From positions 2,170,001 to 2,234,000 of the forward strand of contig CP089277.1 in NCBI GenBank assembly GCA_023920165.1: DNA of 64,000 bases, written 5' to 3'. This stretch comes from Curvularia clavata. Its lineage: Eukaryota. The notes below the pieces were generated by a model. That model was given only the letters and a program-made list of their open reading frames with translations, had not been told where the DNA came from and did no database searches. Below, in pieces: positions 1-12,168 of the stretch; positions within the stretch are counted from its first letter, which is position 1; each line of letters starts with the position of its first letter. The position numbers and the translations under genes were made by a program.

Positions 1-503
1 CAGTGATTGGTGTTGAAAATGACTTGATCAGGTATTGAATCAAAACCATCACATCTGAAGTTAGTCGATCGGGGCCTAGACCACGCCTGCAAGGTCACTT
101 TTACATCTTCTCAAGACTCTAAATTATATGTACATATGTGTGGCAACAATAGGGGTCGCAGAAACCTCGGTCAAGTAGCTGTTCTAAACTGTCAGAAGGT
201 CTAGATCTCATGTCGGATCATATTCAGCTGCCGGAGATATGCGGACTATTTTCGGAGAGATACCCCTGGATCGAGGCGGAAACCTTACGGAGTGACCTCC
301 GTACCACGTAGGTCGCAACGGAGGATCTGATCTCATATTTCCAACCGCCACTTAGCAGGGATCAACGGCGGTTACGCGGGCAGATGTCAGTTTTGGAAGG
401 TAGGCCTTACCAAATGCGAAACCCGGGGCTAATTCTGTCTTCGCCGCAAGGCGGAATAGCTAGTATGAATTTCTTTAGCGTGGTGTTCTTACATTCTCCC
501 ATG

Positions 504-1877
504 TCAAGTCCCGTGATGACTTTGTGCGATGCAGAGTTCCGTGATTGACTTGGGCTTAGAACGGGCAAAAAATTGATCTTGAAACCCACATAATTGCTGT
601 GCTGCTTGTCTGAAAACAAGAGATAACCAAGGGGGGGTTAATTTTTCGGTCCTCCCGATGATGTACACTCCCATCAGGGCTGACATCGCTTTAGCCTTTA
701 ATAATACAACCGAGGATTATTACGCGACACCTTGACGAGAGTAGTATATGGGTATGTCCGTGATTGCTGACTAGAGTCTTACGATGAGAAACGAATCCAA
801 GGTTTCAGAATGTATCTCAGATAACATGGTGATACTCTAAGCGGTGAGGATGTCAAGGCGAGATGAAAATCGAGTGGGTCCACAAGAATTGCCCGGCACG
901 AAGAGTGTATTCAGACAAGGAAAGGCCGAGTTTTGTACTACGCTTTGAGATGCCGATGCGTGAGAAAGCTGAATATCGCTAAGCAGATCTTGGCTCGGCG
1001 TCCTCCATTTACATGATACGTGGATGTCAGAGGGTTTACTTCTGGTGCAATAAAAACACGCTCTTTCAAGGTGCATTTTCAATGAAACAAGCACCAGGTA
1101 AAGCAGAGCTTCTATAAAGGATGCAGAAGGGAGCGTCAACAGGCTCGTGGGCGTACACTCCTACTGAAGGAAGATCGAAATTGAAAAGGACTTACTCTTA
1201 ACTCGACTACCTACAAGCAATTAAGTGCTGTTCCTTAAGATTCCACGCAGCACTCAGTAACATTAGGTCAATTTAGTGGACCTATAAGTGGTGTGTATAC
1301 TGAAATGCCTCCCATCGAAAGATTCAATTCTGTCCACTAAGAACTTTTCATGTTCAGCCAGAAGTTTTGAAGTGACTGAGAGGCTGCCATCCTCTCCTCG
1401 GGCAACCATTTTAACATGGACGTGATGGAGCTCAGTGACAAACGCCTGTTCTTCTCTATCAACAGCATGGATTATGTCGCCGAGGGATAGCCGAGGCAAA
1501 AGCACTCCACCAGTTTCCTTCCATTAGGCTGATATAAATTAGCTAGATCTCCGGGATTCGGGGTAGATGTTACTGACCATCGTCGTCAAAACTCTTGCGC
1601 GTAGTTTCACTTCCGTAAATGTACTCGGATGGTCCCAATCTAAGACAGACAACCATCTCGGCGACTTGGTGAGTTTCGGGAGGCTCTTTAGTCTCATCGA
1701 CAGCGTTAGACATATAGTTGTTTTCAAACATATCCCATGTCTTTATTGGCTTAGTAAATCGAGCACGTCCAGAATCGCATAGAACCGGCTGGCCCCAAAG
1801 TGAATCATTGGGAAGACCAAGCTTGTGAGTGCTTCATATCGTGCGAGTGCTGTCCACAACCTTTCTTTGGGTAACAT
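504..1877 (-). pseudogene. Possible heavily decayed protein-coding relic of unknown family
   Basis: ORF-track fragments 1539-1727, 1263-1505, 837-1139 and 504-686 all lie in one minus-strand frame, which starts from an ATG at 1877. By hand count about 11 internal stops, nearly all TAA/TAG. No recognisable domain. Confidence 0.3.
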
Positions 1878-2449
1878 ATCTTTGCTTCAGCGTTCGCCCC
1901 ACTCCCAAGATCGGACTCATTGGCTTTCGCCAATGTCCTAGATGCTTCAAGCGAGCTATTTATGCATGCAAGTAACAATGTAATACACTATAACATATAG
2001 CCAGTAGAAGAGACAGGTATTCAAGATTATCATGAGGATCCTGCATCAGGTGCTCAGAAGGGAAACACACCTGACGGCTGATACGACTGGAGGGTTGTTG
2101 GGATATCTTGTAATTATTCTATCCCTTTTGAACAGTGGGAAGAGTAGTTTAGCTCTCTGATGCCTCAGTATTCCGGATTCGTGATGTTGGGACAGGAAAT
2201 ACGAGTACCGCAAACTATTAGTAATAGTAACTCCAACCCTTATTCTGCCTCTTTACATCAATCTTCAAAAAGTCGAGGGTACAGCCAAGCCAAACCCGAT
2301 ATACGTGTGATGACGGAGGCAGAACTTGTGTTGGCGGATTATAACGACCTCGCACGGACCTTGCACGACTAGTCGGGCCGAAGCCCGTGGAAAGTTCGCA
2401 TCATCACACCCGCACCTCCACCACGCATCGCATCTGAATCACTTATCTC

Positions 2450-3661
2450 ATGTCTGTGTCCAAGTTTGCCCGGCCACTTTTAAGGTCGGCATATCACACA
2501 TATCGAGCACCGGCATTGTCAACATGCCAGCATATATCCGTTCAACGGCGTAGCTTTTCAGAGACGCGTGTACAACGTGTACCACAAAGAGCGCCGCGGT
2601 CCTCTCATGAACAGCCACACATACCACAGAGCACACCACAAACTCCGCCGCAATTTATAGACGAAAGCTCTCATCTTGGCGCTGATAGGTCGGCTCATTC
2701 TTCGGCACCAGAAATAGATCAAGATGCAATTCTAGAGCAACTCCGACACGTTAGAGTCCGATACTTACGGCCAGCTTTATGGGCTATCTTCGTGTCTGGT
2801 GGAATTTTCGCTGGCCTGTCGTATCTCGAAGCTAAGAACGAGCTTAAAAAATCCCAGACTACCTCTGCTGGTGGATGGCTTCCAAAGCCCCAGTGGGGCG
2901 TTCCGAGGCGCACTCCACCAACACCAACTGAGGTGGTTACCGGTGCATGGACTAACCTGGATCCCATCTCCAGACTCACCTATGGAATCATTGGAGCCAA
3001 TAGTGGAGTCCATCTGAGTAGTTTCCTGGTCCCGCGAACCTGGGATACGCTCTGGCATCTTCCTGCTCGCAATGTAAATTATACCCAGTTTACCTCCATG
3101 TTTGTGCATTCTGGAGCGCTGCATTTCTTTGTAAACATGTACTTCCTGAACAATTTTATGAAGCCAGTCGGATATTCTCGCTTGTTCGAGGGCAGCTCAT
3201 ACCATACCTTGTCCTTTTTCTTATCTGCCGGCGTGCTGTCAGGCTTCGCGCAGCATTGGTCGACTTTGATACCCATTCAGAAGCGACCCATTCCCGAAAT
3301 CTTCATTCGTTGCGGCGGAGCATCAGGCGCGCTCTTTGGTATCTTGGGCGTTTTCTGTATGCAGTACCCGCATGCTGGACTGGGTATCTTGTTCGTACCG
3401 GTGCACTTTGAGGCACAGCATGTACTGCCAGCCATCATGCTTTTCGACTTCATTGGCATGATTCGCGGATATAGCTTCGTTAACTTCGGTCACGCAGTAA
3501 GTTGGTCGATCCTTTACTCTCATGAGCTATATCTCTAATGTCACCAGGCTCATTTCGCAGGTGGACTTCTCGGTGTAGCGTATTCTCAGTTGGATGGGAA
3601 AACAAACCTTTGGAATCCACTTGTGCGCTTTTGGAAACGCAGATTACAACAGCAGTCGTAA
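2450..3661 (+). CDS. Rhomboid-family intramembrane serine protease, probably mitochondrial (PARL/Pcp1-like)
   Basis: Exons 2450-3496 and 3548-3661; intron GTAAGT..CTAAT..CAG. Motifs HSGALHFFVNM, catalytic GASG (CGGASGAL) and, after splicing, GHAAHFAG (catalytic His). Arg/Ser-rich N-terminus lacking acidic residues resembles a mitochondrial presequence. Confidence 0.9.
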
Positions 3662-3937
3662 GACCGCACTGAACACACACCACCAGGACATGTCAGAATC
3701 TTTGTGCCTCGTTGAATGAGTTGATTGTAACCTAGAGCGCTGTATATCTGGCATATGCCAACACAATTCTGTACAAGTAAAAACGAAATACGAGTAAACA
3801 CACACTACTGCGACAATTACTCTTGGCTTGAGATTTGATGACAGAAACTCACAACTCGTCCAACTGCTGCGCTACCCTATACAAGGGAAGAATATGTAAA
3901 TTCAATCGTTCGTTAACATACATTGTTCCCCATCATC

Positions 3938-4501
3938 TCAGGAAGAAAACCTCCTAGCCAATCCCATAACACTATCTCTCACCATCATCTCCACTGACCT
4001 CATTGCTTCCTTGAGAACAGTTTTGCTGCTTCGACTCGTGCAGCTCTCCACACTCAACTTCTTCTCACCTGTATTGCGGCGAATAATCTCCACGCTATCC
4101 ACCGTGCGATCGGCCAACGGGAAGAAATCGAGGTCCGAGTTCTCCTCATCTTCATATTCATCTTCATCCGAGTCAACGCCAGCGGGCAGATGGCGACGTG
4201 GGATGTTCGTCCACGACGACACGCCCGGAGCAGGATTCACGGACAGATAGTTGAGTTGGAAGGTGTTTTCGACTGTACCGTGGGCAGTGTTTGCAGCTTC
4301 TTCTCTAACTAGGATGAGGGATGGAGAAGGAGGAGGAGGCGGTATTGTGGTGCGCCCTTGGACGCGTGTGGGGGGGTATGTGAGGGAAGGGACGCGCGAG
4401 AGGGTGGGTGTGGTCATTGAGGATGTGCTTGGTCTGGGTGCGAGTATGATTCTATTGAGGGCTTCTGAGACCTTGTTCATATCGATGGCGGAGTAAGACA
4501 T
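3938..4501 (-). CDS. Hypothetical protein, 187 aa, Pro/Ser/Thr-rich with an acidic patch
   Basis: Single ATG-initiated ORF with protein-like low-complexity composition (PPPPPSP, DSDEDEYEDEE). No recognisable domain. Confidence 0.55.
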   Translation of the reverse strand: MSYSAIDMNKVSEALNRIILAPRPSTSSMTTPTLSRVPSLTYPPTRVQGRTTIPPPPPSPSLILVREEAANTAHGTVENTFQLNYLSVNPAPGVSSWTNIPRRHLPAGVDSDEDEYEDEENSDLDFFPLADRTVDSVEIIRRNTGEKKLSVESCTSRSSKTVLKEAMRSVEMMVRDSVMGLARRFSS

Positions 4502-5494
4502 TGCTAAGTGGTGCTGTATTTTCCGGAAGGAGTTCGGGGTTGGCTATTTCTAAGCTTCGCGGTAGGCTCCCTTCTGTGAACAATAGATCTGATGAACTCA
4601 ACTAAGATCAAAACTATGATTCATGACACTGGGATTTATATAAGATTGGTAAAGACTTGAATTAAGATATATTGGAACCATGTCCGCTCAACCATGGTTG
4701 GGAACATGTGCCACCATGATTGGCAGCATTGGCTACGACGTTCGTAAGTTGAACCAAATACATGTAAGTGTTCAGAATAATCGAAATCGGTTTCATTGGT
4801 CTTAATTATATTCTCTCCACAACAGTGAGTGATCGGCTTTCTGACATGTTCGTAAGATGCGGCCAATAGCTATTAATGAACCCCCACAAACAACTTTTGG
4901 TCGCCCATTGGGGCTAGGAAAGCACCCAATGCCTTTGTATCAGAACTCTTGAGAAGTGGCGACTCCGTTGAGATTTTGAGTTTGCCTTCAACAGCTCCGT
5001 TGGTTCTCTCTAGTATCTTCGTCAGTGTTCTTCGAATTCTTCACAGATACGAGGAGAAGATACAATCAAGAGCGGCTTCAGCTGGCATTTCTTTCAAGAA
5101 TATGTCTGGCAACGTCTGAGATTCGATGATTCGCATTTCCATCTTTCAAACCATCCAATGCACGTGCGGTAGGACCGCACTGAATCTCTCAACACATGGT
5201 GTATGCAAGAAATGAATCGGACAAAACTGATAACGATCAAGTTGCTAGATTCTCGCATAGATTTAGTGAAAGTTATTCCGGAATTTCAGTGTCATAGTGG
5301 CACATCTGCTGCTGGTCCGAATACATGCTACGTTATAGATGTCTAGCTCTTTCTGAGCCTTAGAGACACGAGGCAAACACGAATGTTCTTAAAGAGAAGA
5401 TTCTACGACCGATGCAAGAACACAAAGTCCATATCGAAACATGCGTTGCGTAGTCTCAATAAGTCGGTTTTATTCAACTCTTTCAGTACTCACA

Positions 5495-6242
5495 CTAGGT
5501 GAGCGAATCAGATCCTTCTTCCCCAGTCTCAATCTCAGTCTCAGGCTCACCAGATTCCTTTACCAGTTTGTTCAATCTCTCACTCGTTCCTCGTTCCTCG
5601 GTCAATGGAAGAATGCCTATCCTCCATATTATGGTGCAACTTCCTGCCAACATATCGAAAGTAACCTGCTCGTCGCATGAGTATCTCTGCCTCGTCTTTC
5701 TTGCTCTGGAGAATGTCATCAATAACTCTTTTTTTTGAAGCCGCCAACAAGAGCTTCAAAGTTTTTGAGTTCCTTCCCGTCCATGCCTTTAGTCTTGATG
5801 CTGCGCCTAAGTAGCTCGGTGATGCGGAAGGCGATTAGGGTGTGGTCCATCTCGACTTCAAAATCTACTTTTAATATATCACTGGAAGCTTCCGCGGGCT
5901 TCTTGACTTTCCCTCCGTTTGCTTCGGTGATGTAAAGTTCTGCGTCTTCCTAAGCCAAGGTCAATTAAGAGCCACTGAACTGCATGTGGGATCTAATATG
6001 AGACTAATTACGCAATGCTGTTTTGCGATTTCCGTTACTGTTTCTGTCACCGTGCAGTCAGAGTCAGGTGGAATGATAGTCCATTCAACCTTGCCGTAGG
6101 TTTCGTACACGGTACGTAGTTGCTTTGCAATATCCCTATGCCGGTTATAGTGAGCTTCGTCAATCACTTCGCAGTTACGACAGCTATCCTTGGATGACTT
6201 TGAAAACACAATCTGTATCATGTCAATTCCAATTTTCTTCAA
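5495..6242 (-). pseudogene. Frameshifted hypothetical gene with two lesions
   Basis: Exon ...IAKQHC joins across intron 5950-6011 (GTAATT...TAG, phase 0) to EDAELYITE...LVGGFKK. An A8 run (plus-strand T8 at 5729-5736) and a 7-bp tandem duplication (5583-5596) break an otherwise continuous frame that ends at TAG 5495. Confidence 0.55.
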
Positions 6243-6896
6243 GATATCAAATATGACAAACCAGGTGGTAAAACGCGCGCATGGTGTAACATGCCCTCCA
6301 AAGCAAGCTGGCTTCGCACGTGGATGTGATAGCGGACGCCCGCAGTCTCTGCAATGGTGTCTATGTGGTTAGCATGTTTATTCAATACCAGGCACCGTGA
6401 TCTCAATAAAACCAGCTCATTCATTTGAGCAACTATGGAGGGAAAGACAACAGCTTACTCTCGGGCTATATATTCCTCCCATTTGAACACAGACAATTAC
6501 CCATTGTGTCTTCTGTCCGGTTTAATACTATGCGGCAAAGGAGCTGACAAGAAAATCGGTCGTTTCGAAGACGCTGACAGAGGAAGTGGTGAAGCAGATA
6601 GAGTAAACCAGATGGATCTTTGATCGTGGGTAGCTTCACATTTCACTATGGATAAATACTGCTGGACAACAACAACTTATATGTATAAAGTGAGAGTGGA
6701 GTAGCAAGGTTGACACCAAAGCGTCTGGGTACGAAACGAGAATGAAAGATATGATTCAGGCCGCCTCTGCGGAGGATGCCTGCTGTTGTCGCAGTCAAGC
6801 ATACAGCGAGCCGGCAGAGTCGACGTTCAATCCTCACAGCTGCCTCACCTCTTTGTGAGACTGCAAAACCCCTGACAGTAAATCACATACAATGAC

Positions 6897-9800
6897 CTAA
6901 ACATCTGCCACAATGCGAGCGCCGGCCCAGACATAAGGGTAGTTGCGCTGGTACCAGTTGACACTCCAACAAGTCAGTGACACGGTTCTGGCCAGCGTTG
7001 TTCTATGCACTTACAATGTCTTGCGCCCAGCGATGCGGGGATGCGTCGCCCATGATCCACCCAGAGTCACGTTGTGCTTCCCGTCAAAGAAGTCGGCTGT
7101 CTGCTGTCAGCGATGCGATTTTGCATAGTTATGGAATGAGAGCCCGTCGCACCTGTGTAACCTGGGTACAGTTTCATTGGCTCGAAGCCGTCATGCTTCT
7201 CCAGCACAGTACTAGTCCACTCCCAAACACCTCCCAGATCAGACTGCCCACAGAGCTTGTTGCCCTTGCCGGCCACTGAGACTGGATGCCAGTGCTTGAA
7301 ACCCACGTTGGCCCCCTCGAGATCGATGAAGAGATCGCGTGGCTTGAGACCTGTCGCTGCGCTAGAGTTGCCGTTGGACAAATGGTTTGATGGCGGTGTC
7401 TCAAACACGCCTTCGTTGATTAAGTGGCTGTATGGTGTCAGACATTTGTCTTTTCTTTTTCGATACTCAAAAACATACCCATTGACAGCTGGAATGGTGT
7501 TTCCGAGTGACTGCTCAAACTCTGGTTTCCTGCTATCGACATAGGCATAGATACTTCGGACCTCTTCCATTGTGGGAATGCGACCGCCCATCCACTGAGC
7601 ACAGCCAGCCAGCTCATCGTAAGATGCGACCACGGGCCAACCCATGGCAAGCTTTAAAGGGACAGTGCCGTATACTGTGCGTACGAATTTTCCTTCGATG
7701 ATGCTCTGAGTGGAATCCTGATCGCCATTGAGGTGGCCATTGACAACGCTGTCCTTCTTGGAATGACCTGTAACTTGGGTGTTGGAATAGGGCTTGTCGC
7801 ACCATGATGCGGGTATTTCTGATCGAGCTGCGTCAGTAAGGTGTGCTTAGGTGACGATACAAATAGTTTTCGGGACATTAAACAAAAACATCCCATCAGA
7901 TGAAGACAGTACGTACCAGTTTTGCCTGTCTGGAACAGGTATGTGGCATATTCACCATTCGTGATAGGGCGTGCCTTGGCGCGGAATGCCTTGACATGCG
8001 CTGATCGGGGAGGTCTTTCATTGTCCCAGCCAAAGTATCGTTTGGTAGCGAAATCGCTCTCTGGGTCATCGAGTCCAATCTTGACATCGGACTCCGGGAT
8101 CGTAAACCATTCGTTTTCGATAGCCTGAACGCCCGATTGTGCAGCATAGGCTGCAAAGTCCGGCGCCTTGGTCCCTGGCGGCGGCAAAACCTTGTCGCTC
8201 TGGATCAGCATGTAGAGTAAGGTCTCGAGGTGCATTGCCTCATGCTCAAAGCCCAGCCACAATCCACGCGAGACACGGCCGTTTTTCTCTGCTTCTTCAG
8301 AAATGTAGAGCGCTTCAACCTTGCCACGGATTGTTTGCTGGTATTCCAAAATCGTCTTCAACGATGGCCACTGTTCCGGCACTTCTGAATGAGCGTGACA
8401 TCTGGTTGGGTCATCAACATCGGGGTCCACGCCGCGCTCAAATATCTTCCAAAAGTAGGCTGGTTCCGTGGGCTTGCCGTCAGTAGCACGAGCAATGTGG
8501 ATATCCAGGAATGTAGGAATGTGGCCTAGATAAAAGATGCACTCGTTGCGTAGCTTGATTGGCTTCGAGAGCAGTTCTTGTTCTGGGATCATCTGCTTTG
8601 AAACGGCATCCCAGGCTTTCCAGAGTGCATGCCATTCAGTGAGTGAAGGCACAGGTTGTGGTGCATATTCTTCTGGTGCGGTAGGGAAGAAGACCGCAGG
8701 CTTAGAGACGAGGTGGAGTCCTGAGCATGATCAGACGGGCGCCACAAGGCTATTGGAATTGGATGCACACTCACCGTAGTCGCCCTTTGAATTGGACCAT
8801 ACAGCATTCTCGGCGAGTTTGGCAAGCTCCCAGAGGCGCTTCGCTTCGTCGTGACTGTATTTATAGCTCTCCTCGATTCTGATTCTCTCGCCGTGCTTGA
8901 TTGGCACTCCATCGATGACGACGTCTTTGCATGGTGCTACAAAGGCATGGTGCCTACCAGCTTTCACGTCATACTCACCAATGACCTCCCAGTCGTCGAG
9001 TTTGAAAGCGTCTTCGCCCATGAGGGTATTTGCGTGCTTCAGTCCGTTGAGTATGAATTTGTGGGTGATGCCGTCGCGGTCGTTGTAGGCATGAAAGACA
9101 CGCTAGGACAGGAAAAACGTCAACATGTACTTCAGGTGCATTTGGTGGTGGGGAATTTACCTTTGGGTCTTTGCAGGAATCGATACCGATAAGCATCGTA
9201 TCACCGGTTTGTAGGACTTGGCCGAAGCCGGCAAGGAACGGCGGTACTTCATGACGCTTAAAGTTGCCCAAACTGGATCCTAGCCAGAGGATCGTTTTCG
9301 GTTTGGCTTCGACGGCGGGAGACCTGAGCCACTCGAGCGCATCGTCGTAGGTTCCGTGGAGGCCAAAACACTTGACATGCCTATACCCCTCTATGCAGGT
9401 TGTCAGCAAATGCTCGCATCAGGGAGTCAGCTGGTGTAGCCATGGCGCCGTCCGGTGACAAATAGGCAACATGTCAGGCGAGCGTGGATCTCGTTGAGTG
9501 GGACATATGCAGGACCGAAGCAAGCCCCGATTAGGCTCGCCAATGAATGTGTGTCACGATAGGACATAGCAAAAGTAATGGTGCGTGCAAGCCGAGTGGG
9601 GAGAGGATGCGGGGATGGGGTTGCTTACCTATGGGAATCTGGTTGAACGTTCTTTCCAGTTCGGGCAGGGACAGGTCGACGGCATAGTACTCGATGTCTT
9701 TGCCAAGACGGTCGATGGCCTGCAACAATATGTTGACTTTTCTCAGATTACTGTCCAGATATTAGTACTTACGAAGCACAAGGCTCGTTTCCAGTCTCTC

Positions 9801-10214
9801 GTGTGCAGTGGGAGCCGGAGTCGTACCCGCTCCCCAATTCCACCACGACCGAGCCGGGGGCAATGCGCTGGGCAATGCTGTCTGCATATGTCTCGAGCAC
9901 TTGGATTTCAGCGTTGGTCAGGTAATACCTGGGTGTAGGGCCAATTAGTCAGCTTGATAGCTCGGTGTATAGTGCAAGAGAGGTCCTCACTCGTCCTGGT
10001 ATGTGATTTGCTCAAACAGACGGAGTCCTTCTTGGCTAGGGAGAGGAGAGTATTAGCACATTTATCGGGACAACTCATTCACTGCTTACTCGTAGAGCAG
10101 CAACGTGGGCAGAGTCTTCTCAGCACCAGCACCAGGACGCAGGCCCTTTTTGATATCAGCCAGGATATCTGATTCGGCAGTATCGACACGAATGTCGAGG
10201 ATTTTGGTGGCCAT
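6897..10214 (-). CDS. egt1: Ergothioneine biosynthesis protein Egt1 (histidine N-alpha-trimethyltransferase fused to hercynylcysteine sulfoxide synthase)
   Basis: About 11 exons from ATG 10214. Spliced product has LPTLLLYD-x-EGLRLFE, YYLTNAE, the SAM motif VELGSGNLRKV, LWLGSSLGNF, the iron-binding HEAMHLE (H-x3-H-x-E), and FGE-like GGVWEWTS and NWYQRNYPYVWAGAR. Introns include 10036-10089, 9929-9990, 9751-9826, 9391-9628 and 6964-7014. Confidence 0.95.
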
Positions 10215-12168
10215 GTTGCAGCAACTTTGGAAAGGCAATGTGGTTTGGTCAGATTATTGGCCCGTCACGAGCGGTCTTATTGACCTTGGAGACGCTGTGG
10301 GCTGCAAGCTACTTATAGTACGTGCAAAGTACGTAATGTGGGTACTCCAAAGCTTATGTGATGCGGTAGCTGACGGTAACTACAGGGCCGATACATGTTC
10401 ATCTCAAACCGTCCAGGAACACGACGAGGCCGTTGCCTGAAAACATGCAGCCCAGCTAGCGGACGTGGTGTTTGTGTCACCGGGTACCCGACAGCAAATC
10501 AAGACGGCTATGCACTTCACGCTCCGCATCCGTACGCAGGAAGATGCTTGTGGCCCCGCCCATTGCAGACGAGGCACTGTCGCCATCTGTCAGCACCGTC
10601 AGTCAGTCGATGGTGGGCAGGGCGATGCTATAGGGTTACAGCAGTGGTGACGTCACTACCTTCGCCCGCACCAGGCAACGCTGCATCTCCGGACGAGCAA
10701 CCAACACCATCGTACAGCATGCACATCATGCATCTGCAGCACAGGCGGGCAAGACCAAGGCCGAACAAACCGCTCAGGTACCGCGACAAAGCGTCAAGAG
10801 GCTGTCCTACCTTCGTGCGTGGACAATGCCACTGCGGGGTTGCTCGACCTGCCTGCATAAGCGATGCCGTCACAGCGGAGACAGACCTGTCTCGGCACAT
10901 GTGCCTGAACAATGGAAGTGCAAAGGCTTAGCGACACAGTGGGGTGTTATACAAGCACTGTACAGAGCGGCTAGCACGGCAAACACGGTGCTGTTCTAGT
11001 GACTGACAAACCATGCTATATGATGGAACGCAGGTGCAGTGCAAACAGCGGAATGGAGCCGCAACACACAACATATCAACCTCGTAAGCACGGGCTTATT
11101 CATCTTTCGATTACTATACAGTGCATACCGTCTGCATAATCTGGCCATAGTCCTGATTGGCCATGTATGCCGGCGTTACACACATGCAGGTACGAACACG
11201 CTTCACGCGCCAAGGAGAAGCAGTATAACACAACTGCCAGACAGCTTTGTCAGTCGCACCTTATTATATTACGGGTGCGCTGGAGAGCATCTGGGAGTAA
11301 TGGTCACGGGTCCTTGGACTACGTCCACCTCCATGCTCGACGAGCCTCTCACCCCTTGCATACCAATCTTGGAATCACGCCACCTACTGACAACGGCAGC
11401 CCAGCATGTAGCACGGACGTGCGAAGCACGTTCAACAGCTCGAGAACAAGCCGAAAACCCAACACACATTGTCATGGCTAGAGCAAATAATGTTTCCTTA
11501 CTGGCGCCTCCTCTCTTATACGTCTCCAAACGCCAGAGTTTCCTGTATAAAGAGAAATCAACACCAACTTTCACCCACTCTTCTCAGCCCCGTGCCAATC
11601 TTGCGCTCTCCGAGTCTAACCAGCTCGCATAGATGGCGAGTCGCCCTTGCCAAATACGCTCCCGGCTGCGCTGGCGCAGGGTCATTTGCTGCAAGCCTCC
11701 CGGTACCCCTTTGTGATCATCCTGATTGTCGGAAACGAACAATAACAAAAACACGCCATCCCGAGAGATGTGGCTTGTCCCTGTTCCTGAGAACCAGGCT
11801 TGTATGCTGCAGCATGGCCCAGAGGCGTGCTTCTAGCCTTTGGCCACAACGTTCGTACTCTGATCGTGGTGGTAGCTTTCCTCCCCCTACTCCTCCAAAT
11901 CCTTCGTCCAGGCTTTGATTCCCTTTGGCTCTCGGTCAGTCCGAAGCTTGAGCTATTGGAACGGTCCTGGGTCAGGATGACTTGGCCTAGCCGTGGAAGC
12001 CCACGCCACTTAGCCATCGTAGGAAGGGCCTCTTCAGCCAGCTTTCTCGTTGGTGTTTGTTTGCCTAGCTGAGCGTAAGACAACAAGATCTATGGCTCCG
12101 CCGCAAGCTCCAACGTTGTGAACTCTCTCCCAAACTTTTCAACCCCTACACAGTCTACAACTGTCGAC

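Noticed and set aside
4636..5136. Minus-strand frame of about 167 codons with only three internal stops (possible relic gene)
   Set aside because: No recognisable motif, and the stop depletion is too modest to separate from chance.
10395..12086. Several 100-200 aa ORFs between egt1 and the 12169 gene
   Set aside because: Overlapping on both strands, with Arg/Cys/Pro-rich random-like composition and no domain; likely promoter or UTR sequence.
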